From contig CAOJRT010000001.1 in assembly GCA_948442255.1 (NCBI GenBank), positions 15,919 through 79,918 on the forward strand: DNA of 64,000 nt. Direction: 5' to 3'. Each line of letters opens with the position of its first letter. Position 1 is the stretch's first letter. Source of the stretch: an uncultured Bacillales bacterium (GTDB lineage Bacteria > Bacillota_I > Bacilli_A > RF39 > UBA660). Under the pieces are notes generated by a model. It saw nothing but the letters and a program-made list of their open reading frames with translations, was not told the origin of the DNA and did no database searches. Position numbers and translations under genes: made by a program. Positions 58,224 through 64,000 of this stretch are shown piece after piece.

Positions 58224-58446
58224 TTTGTTTAGATTAGACAAATTTCAACTAATTAAAAAGATAAATACTCTTGAATTAGAAAACTCTGTTTTAGAACAAA
58301 CAATAAAAGATGAATTATATAAAATATTCATGGATAAATTAAGAGAACCCCAAGAATTAGATAGAGTAAAAAAAGAAAATAAAAATTTGAGAAGTAAAGT
58401 CAAAACTCTAAAAGCATTGTTAAAGGATGATACCTATGGAAAGTGA
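58198..58446 (+). CDS. hypothetical coiled-coil phage protein
   Basis: ORF track. Confidence 0.3.
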   Translation: MIKIKRAIDLFRLDKFQLIKKINTLELENSVLEQTIKDELYKIFMDKLREPQELDRVKKENKNLRSKVKTLKALLKDDTYGK

Positions 58447-58696
58447 GATTTTGAGTATTGAAACTGTTCAGAAATTAGCAAGATTAGAAAAAGTGGAAAT
58501 TGAAAATAAGCAATATGAAAAAATAATATGTGATTTTGATAGAGAGGTAAATCGTTTATTTAATATTATTAAAGATGCTTATGAACACTTAGATAAAAAA
58601 ACACTATGTTCCAAAGATGATAAAGATATTTTAAAAAGAATATTATCAAAAGGTTTAAGCAATGAGGTTGATAATGTCGAAAGTATATCAAGATAA
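58427..58696 (+). CDS. hypothetical phage protein
   Basis: ORF track. Confidence 0.3.
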   Translation: MIPMESEILSIETVQKLARLEKVEIENKQYEKIICDFDREVNRLFNIIKDAYEHLDKKTLCSKDDKDILKRILSKGLSNEVDNVESISR

Positions 58697-58722
58697 TTTT
58701 AATAATTCATTTTCTAATAATA

Positions 58723-59076
58723 GTGATAATGAATTCACTAAAAAAATTGAGGGCTTTAAAAAAATATTGCCCACAAGCATATAAATTTGTCATATTCAAA
58801 TTTAAAGATACTTATTTGAATGTTGAAAATGGTGAGTATTCAATAAATCTACCGACATCTAAGGAATTTAAGTTTGTTTATGGTCAAATAAAATTAATAT
58901 ATCGAGTAAAAAACAAAGGTATAAAATTTATTGATTTAGAGCCGTCTGATTTCTTTATAGATGGATATAGATTTGATTTAGAGGTATATAAATCAATATA
59001 TTATAGAAATGCAAAAGATAAATTCAAAATAGATTTAATGCTAGAAATGAAAAAAGGAGGAAAAATAAATGAATGA
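58723..59076 (+). CDS. hypothetical phage protein
   Basis: ORF track. Confidence 0.35.
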   Translation: MIMNSLKKLRALKKYCPQAYKFVIFKFKDTYLNVENGEYSINLPTSKEFKFVYGQIKLIYRVKNKGIKFIDLEPSDFFIDGYRFDLEVYKSIYYRNAKDKFKIDLMLEMKKGGKINE

Positions 59077-59425
59077 AAAATTAAGAAAGATTATAAATCA
59101 TTATGGCATGGATAAACAATTGAAATATTTTCAAAGTGAAGTATTTGAATTAAATGAGGCAATTATAAAAAGAAGAAATACAGGAGTAATAGAAAGTATT
59201 GCCATAGGAATAACTAATGCAGTAGCACCATTACTAAATATAAAAAATGCTGATTATTCAAAAGAACATATCAAAGAAGAAATTGCAGATGTTATGGTTA
59301 TGTTAAAGCAATTTCAGTTATATTATGATATTCCAACAGAAGATATAAAAGCAATTATGAAAAATAAAGTTGATAGACAACTAGAAAGGATTGAATATGA
59401 ACCTAAGCATGGAAAAGAAGAATAA
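59069..59425 (+). CDS. MazG-like nucleotide pyrophosphohydrolase
   Basis: HYGMDKQLKYFQSEVFELNEAI and EEIADVMVMLKQ match the all-alpha NTP-PPase fold motifs. Confidence 0.65.
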   Translation: MNEKLRKIINHYGMDKQLKYFQSEVFELNEAIIKRRNTGVIESIAIGITNAVAPLLNIKNADYSKEHIKEEIADVMVMLKQFQLYYDIPTEDIKAIMKNKVDRQLERIEYEPKHGKEE

Positions 59426-59594
59426 GATTAAAAACATTGGTATAGCAATAGGAATATTATTGTTCTTTGCGATTACTTGTTTAATAATTTATGAAGCAAT
59501 AGACTTTGCTAATGATTATAGATGCAGTAATTTACCATTAAATGAGTTTTTTCAAGATGAAAGTTGTAAAAAATATTGGAGGTATGAAAAATGA
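59391..59594 (+). CDS. small phage membrane protein
   Basis: TM segment IGIAIGILLFFAITCLIIY. Confidence 0.3.
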   Translation: MNMNLSMEKKNKIKNIGIAIGILLFFAITCLIIYEAIDFANDYRCSNLPLNEFFQDESCKKYWRYEK

Positions 59595-59836
59595 TAGAAG
59601 ATAAAGAAATGGAATATGTAAATGTTCCAACATATATAGAAAAAGCAGTAAAAAAATTATTTAAACTAAAAAATACTGAAAAAGAATTGGCAATGCAAAT
59701 AAAGGACTATATGTCAACTCATGATATTCCATTAGAAACACCTTTGCAATTATTAAAATATATTCCAAAAGAAAATGTTGATGAAAACCAATTGAAAATA
59801 AACTTTGAAACTGGGGAGGTTGAACAAAATGGTTAA
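59591..59836 (+). CDS. hypothetical phage protein
   Basis: ORF track. Confidence 0.3.
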   Translation: MIEDKEMEYVNVPTYIEKAVKKLFKLKNTEKELAMQIKDYMSTHDIPLETPLQLLKYIPKENVDENQLKINFETGEVEQNG

Positions 59837-60122
59837 ATACATTTGTTTAGCACCAAGTAAAGAACAATTTAATATAAAAGGTGAAAGTTTAGGCATGAGT
59901 GGTGAAAGAGCATTATATTATGCTACCGATATAGGAAAGCATCGTATATATAGAAGTTGCTATCCAATAGAACCATATATATTTAAAGGTAAGGATATTA
60001 ATGAAAAATTAGAATTGTTATATTTTAATACTTCAATAGAAGCACAAAGATTATGTGATGAAATAAATAGTGTATATGGTGATGATTTTATAGTAAAAGA
60101 GGTGAATGTTGATGAAGAATAA
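59805..60122 (+). CDS. hypothetical phage protein
   Basis: ORF track. Confidence 0.3.
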   Translation: MKLGRLNKMVKYICLAPSKEQFNIKGESLGMSGERALYYATDIGKHRIYRSCYPIEPYIFKGKDINEKLELLYFNTSIEAQRLCDEINSVYGDDFIVKEVNVDEE

Positions 60123-60381
60123 TGAATTTATTGATTTATGTGTATCAAAATTAGTTGAATATGTGAATTCTAATTTGGATAAAAGTGATGCTTTAATAAA
60201 CATTACAAAAGATTGTGTATTTGTAGTTTGGAGTTGTAAAACATTACAAAATAATAAGGCATTATTAAGTACAACATTATCAGATGGAATGTATTATGAA
60301 TTTACATATAATGGTGATAAAAAAGAACTATATCTTGATGCTTACAAAAAATGGCAAAATATCTGCTATAAGATTGATTAA
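60106..60381 (+). CDS. hypothetical phage protein
   Basis: ORF track. Confidence 0.3.
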   Translation: MLMKNNEFIDLCVSKLVEYVNSNLDKSDALINITKDCVFVVWSCKTLQNNKALLSTTLSDGMYYEFTYNGDKKELYLDAYKKWQNICYKID

Positions 60382-60394
60382 ATGAGGACTGCTT

Positions 60395-61024
60395 ATGAGT
60401 AGAACATTTAGAGTAAACTTTGGTAGAAAGACTGTAAGACCATTTGAGGCACATGATATTAATAATATGCTTGTATTATGTAAAAAGACAAGAAATCAAG
60501 CAGAAGTGGATAACAATGAAGAACAAAGGTATTTATGGGATAGAAATTATATGATTTTAGTTATTGGAATGAATTTGGCTTTTAGGATAGAAGATATACT
60601 TCAATTAAGAGTTGATAATTTTAAAAATGGTGGTGTTTATACAAGGGAGTTTAAAACTAATAAGGAACAGTCATTTGAACTGCATCCATCACTATACAAG
60701 GATATTCAAGGCTATATCAATAGAAATGAGTTAATAGATGGCGAATACTTATTTAAAAGCAGAAAAGGTGTAAATAAACCAATTACTCGACAAAGAGCAT
60801 GGCAGGTAATAAAACAACTTGCCGATGCAGTTAAAGTGTCATATCCTGTTGGATGCCATTCGTTAAGAAAATACTTTGCTAGGCAATATTATGAAAAAAC
60901 AGGTGATATTATTGGCTTGAAAGAAATGTTAAATCATTCTAGCGAAAGAGTAACACTTTTATACATTTGTTGGAATACAGATGATAAAAATGAAAAAAGA
61001 AAGAACTTTTATTTAGGTAGTTGA
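60395..61024 (+). CDS. tyrosine recombinase catalytic-domain-only protein (no N-terminal core-binding domain)
   Basis: catalytic set present: box I Arg (NLAFRIEDILQLR), HxxR (CHSLRKYFA), LNHSS, Tyr in VTLLYI; only 209 aa. Confidence 0.6.
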   Translation: MSRTFRVNFGRKTVRPFEAHDINNMLVLCKKTRNQAEVDNNEEQRYLWDRNYMILVIGMNLAFRIEDILQLRVDNFKNGGVYTREFKTNKEQSFELHPSLYKDIQGYINRNELIDGEYLFKSRKGVNKPITRQRAWQVIKQLADAVKVSYPVGCHSLRKYFARQYYEKTGDIIGLKEMLNHSSERVTLLYICWNTDDKNEKRKNFYLGS

Positions 61025-61025
61025 T

Positions 61026-61370
61026 ATGAAATATATTGATGATGATGTTTTAGGTGGTCAATCAAGACCAATACATAATAATTTTGAATTAACAAATGCT
61101 ATGCAAGGAAGAAAGAATTGTTTTTTATATACAGTTGGTACTTTTCAAGTTAATAATCAAAATTATATTGAATTAAAAGAAAGAAATATTAAATTAGTTG
61201 GTTTAGCATTTGCACAATTAAAATACAAGCCATTAAAAGAAAAGCAACAAGATAGAAAGTCAGTAAACATTATAATTGATGAATTAAGCAAAATAACATT
61301 GAATATAAATATTGATACTAATGTAAAATTAGAACAAAAAAATAAATATATAAGTGGTGGTATGCAATAG
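61026..61370 (+). CDS. hypothetical phage protein
   Basis: ORF track; 2-nt spacing from recombinase-like gene. Confidence 0.35.
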   Translation: MKYIDDDVLGGQSRPIHNNFELTNAMQGRKNCFLYTVGTFQVNNQNYIELKERNIKLVGLAFAQLKYKPLKEKQQDRKSVNIIIDELSKITLNINIDTNVKLEQKNKYISGGMQ

Positions 61371-61565
61371 CATATCACTTCACTTAAACCTATACAATTT
61401 TACAAAATGAAAAATTGTAAATTCAACAAAAAAATAACACTTTCCTGACAACAGGAAAATGATTATAAAATCTAGGTAAAATTAAGATTTTAATATAAAA
61501 AAATGAATTTAACAGAATTATGTCATTTTGTTAAATTCCTATATATTCGATTGGAGGTTGAAATT

Positions 61566-61805
61566 ATGGTTTATTGTGCTGATTTAAGGTGTAAGTATAG
61601 AAATGATAAAGGTAAATGTACTTGTAAGACTGTTAATTTATCTGCTTGGAGTGTTAATACAGTAAATATGGGATACAAAGATTTTCTTAAATGTAAATCA
61701 TTTGAATTTGATAAAACATACTTGCAATTGGGTAAAAAAATGAAAGAACTAGGAATTATTGATAAATTACCTAGTGAAATTGAAGAAGTGTTTAGAGAAG
61801 ATTAG
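61566..61805 (+). CDS. small Cys-rich hypothetical protein
   Basis: start at ATG 61566 with GGAGGT RBS; CxxxC...CxC pattern (CADLRCKYRNDKGKCTC). Confidence 0.35.
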   Translation: MVYCADLRCKYRNDKGKCTCKTVNLSAWSVNTVNMGYKDFLKCKSFEFDKTYLQLGKKMKELGIIDKLPSEIEEVFRED

Positions 61806-61820
61806 GAGGTATAAAAAACA

Positions 61821-62063
61821 ATGAAAGTAATTAAAAATATAATAGATGATGCAATAGAATATAATAAACGCATTACAAGACTTAATTCCGAAAACAAAGA
61901 GATTAAATTAGAACCAGTAGAAGAAGAAAAGGTAATTACTATAACACTAGATGAATATAAGGAACTTTTAGTATATAAAGGTAAATATTTAGGAGTTACA
62001 GGTACTAATGAAACAACAAAATTGTATGCTGATGGGATAGAAGTATATGAAAAAAATGATTGA
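61821..62063 (+). CDS. hypothetical phage protein
   Basis: ORF track; AGGAGG RBS. Confidence 0.3.
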   Translation: MKVIKNIIDDAIEYNKRITRLNSENKEIKLEPVEEEKVITITLDEYKELLVYKGKYLGVTGTNETTKLYADGIEVYEKND

Positions 62064-62421
62064 TATTATTGATATTAAAAATGCAAAATATTTAGAATTT
62101 TATTCAAACGATGGATACATTTATTGTAAGAATAAAATTACTGATGAAGTAGTGTTTGTTGCAGAAGATGAAAAATACAAAATATTGAAAAATGAATATT
62201 TAGATTATCAAAAGTGGTATAGAGAAGAAAAAAATAAAAATATAAGGCAAAAGGAAATTGTAAATCAACTAATTAATGCCATAAAAACTAAATTAAAGAA
62301 ATCTGATAATTATGAGATGGGGTTAGAAAATAGTAGTTATAAAGATAGATTATTTACTGAAACATATATTGAATTACAAGTTATATTAGATAAATTAAAG
62401 GAGGTAACAGATGAAATCTAA
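62047..62421 (+). CDS. hypothetical phage protein
   Basis: ORF track. Confidence 0.3.
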   Translation: MKKMIDIIDIKNAKYLEFYSNDGYIYCKNKITDEVVFVAEDEKYKILKNEYLDYQKWYREEKNKNIRQKEIVNQLINAIKTKLKKSDNYEMGLENSSYKDRLFTETYIELQVILDKLKEVTDEI

Positions 62422-62743
62422 TGAATTTAAACACGATTTATTGAAACTAATAAAAAATAATCCTAATTTAGATGTTGTTTGTATGTGTGCAACTGATGAA
62501 TTAACTGATGAGTTTAGATATTTGTATTTATCAAAGTTATCTTGTTCTATTTGTTATATTTACGAATATGAAGATAGAATATTCTTAGATAAAGAGGGAA
62601 TGACAGAATATTTATGTGATATTCATGATGGCGATGCAGAATATTTAGATTTAGATGATGATGAATTTGAAATGACAATGCATACAGAAGCAGATAAATA
62701 TTTTAAGCAAAAAGCAATTGTTATATATGCTAGAAGTTGTTAA
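62411..62743 (+). CDS. hypothetical phage protein
   Basis: ORF track. Confidence 0.3.
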   Translation: MKSNEFKHDLLKLIKNNPNLDVVCMCATDELTDEFRYLYLSKLSCSICYIYEYEDRIFLDKEGMTEYLCDIHDGDAEYLDLDDDEFEMTMHTEADKYFKQKAIVIYARSC

Positions 62744-63024
62744 ATAATGAATAAAAATAGTTTTAAAGACCAATGTGATATTTGTAATAAATTCGACTAT
62801 TTAAAAAGTTTTGATAATAAATGTTTGTGTTCTGAATGTTATAAAAAGTTAAATATTAAAAATAGTCAAAAAATAATAAAAAAAGAACAAAAACAATTAA
62901 ATCTATTTAATTTTAGTTAAAAACTTTCACATTTTTCACATACAAACAATGATATAATGTATTTGTACAATTATGAGTAAAGGCGACTGTATGCAGTTGT
63001 CTTTTTTGTGTTGGAGGTGATGCA

Positions 63025-63450
63025 ATGTTAAAGAGTTGTAGCAGGTGTGGGAAAATACATGATTTTAATAAGCAATGTTATGTAAATAGACAGGTAAGAG
63101 GTACATCAACTGCTGATAAATTTCGTAAGACTTATAGATGGCATCAAAAGAGTTTAGATATTAGAGAAAGAGATAAGAATTTATGTAGGGCTTGTTTAGC
63201 AAATATCTTTGATACACAAACGATTTATAACTTTGATAAGTTAGAGGTTCATCATATAATTCCACTAGAAGAAGATAGTACAAAAGGATTAGATGATGAC
63301 AACTTAATTACACTATGTTGTTATCATCATAAATTAGCAGATAAAGGAATAATACCAAGAAATATTTTGACTAAATTAATCGATGAAAATTGTGATTTAG
63401 AAGCAATAAAAAAAGAAGTAATCAACCGAAAGTACCCCCCTACCTTTTAA
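63025..63450 (+). CDS. HNH endonuclease (packaging-associated)
   Basis: HNH core EVHHIIPLEE...LITLCCYHH and Zn-ribbon cysteines; precedes terminase small subunit. Confidence 0.8.
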   Translation: MLKSCSRCGKIHDFNKQCYVNRQVRGTSTADKFRKTYRWHQKSLDIRERDKNLCRACLANIFDTQTIYNFDKLEVHHIIPLEEDSTKGLDDDNLITLCCYHHKLADKGIIPRNILTKLIDENCDLEAIKKEVINRKYPPTF

Positions 63451-63558
63451 AATTGATTTTTTTAATTTAATTCGAAACCTACTGCCCACCTTTGAATACA
63501 AAAAATGCCCAAAATGAAAATCAGTAAATCTTGAATTAGATGAAATGGAGGTGATAAT

Positions 63559-64000
63559 ATGTCAAGACCAGCAAAAGCAATTGATACAAATTTTCAAAAA
63601 ATGAGTAAAGAAGAAAGAAAGCAAAGAGAAGAAACTGAAAAAAAATTACGAGGTGAGAATGATAAGATAAAACCATTTAAATATTTGAATAAAAGACAAA
63701 AGGCAATATTTAAAGATATACTAAAAAACCTTAACAAAGATATTTTAAGTAATTTAGATGTTTATTTATTAAATCAAACTGCTATTACTATTGAAAGATT
63801 AGAGAGTATTGAAAAAGAAATAAATAATGCTAGTAAGGTTACTGATGAAAATGGCAAAGAGCAGGATAAATTGGATGTTAAACTTATTATCAATTTAAAA
63901 TCTGCTAGGGATATGTATTCAAAAGATTTTTTTAGGTGTTGTAATGAATTATCACTTTCACCACAAGCGAGAGCAAAACTTTCTATATCAGCACCACCAC
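63559..64000 (+). CDS. phage terminase small subunit (P27-family-like), 3-prime end beyond window
   Basis: ATG 63559 after GGAGGTGA; MSRPAKAIDTNFQKMSKEERKQREE...FKYLNKRQKAIFKDI pattern typical of P27-type TerS; frame open to window end. Confidence 0.65.
   Translation, partial: MSRPAKAIDTNFQKMSKEERKQREETEKKLRGENDKIKPFKYLNKRQKAIFKDILKNLNKDILSNLDVYLLNQTAITIERLESIEKEINNASKVTDENGKEQDKLDVKLIINLKSARDMYSKDFFRCCNELSLSPQARAKLSISAPP

Noticed and set aside
481-61378. Numerous 60-120 aa ORFs antisense to or embedded in large genes (e.g. 481-672+, 1782-1988+, 4514-4759+, 6870-7241+, 7022-7237+, 10775-10999+, 11147-11500+, 13504-13752+, 14511-14699-, 16017-16262-, 19215-19463+, 21071-21319+, 24656-24868-, 30973-31224-, 35673-35867-, 42786-42980-, 53775-54083+, 56891-57079-, 61163-61378-)
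   Set aside because: They overlap well-supported genes on the opposite strand or in another frame, have no RBS, and are low-complexity (Ser/Phe/Leu-rich), as expected from AT-rich antisense; treated as spurious

Overview
Low-GC (about 28-30%) Firmicutes chromosome centred on the replication origin; gene orientation switches at oriC (about 14.2-14.5 kb). Left arm, minus strand: rpmH-rnpA-yidC-jag-mnmE-mnmG-rsmG-parB/noc-like, then an accessory block (ABC exporter with two FtsX-type permeases, membrane-anchored XRE regulator, several secreted proteins) whose three transcription units share a palindromic upstream motif. Right arm, plus strand: dnaA-dnaN-comK-like-recF-gyrB-gyrA, an unannotated small SRP RNA, tadA-dnaX-ybaB-recR-bofA-like-holB-yaaT-pth-mfd-spoVT, a T-box leader before dut-like + metG, tatD-yabE-like-rsmA, a 4.5 kb island bounded by 165-bp direct repeats that duplicates the 5-prime end of yabG, then yabG-veg-spoVG-yabP-yabQ-divIC, a C-terminally truncated prs-like gene with an nrdG-like radical SAM gene, a degenerate ecfA1/ecfA2 pair with no ecfT, truA-rplM-rpsI, and from about 52.5 kb to the window end a temperate prophage (integrase, CI/Cro switch flanked by a 26-bp inverted repeat, replisome organiser with internal iterons, MazG-like protein, catalytic-domain-only tyrosine recombinase, HNH, terminase small subunit). 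The sporulation genes (spoVT, spoVG, yabG, yabP, yabQ, bofA, yaaT) point to an endospore-forming or formerly endospore-forming lineage, and several conserved-position genes look decayed. All protein calls rest on motifs read by eye and on Bacillus-type synteny; no database search was possible.
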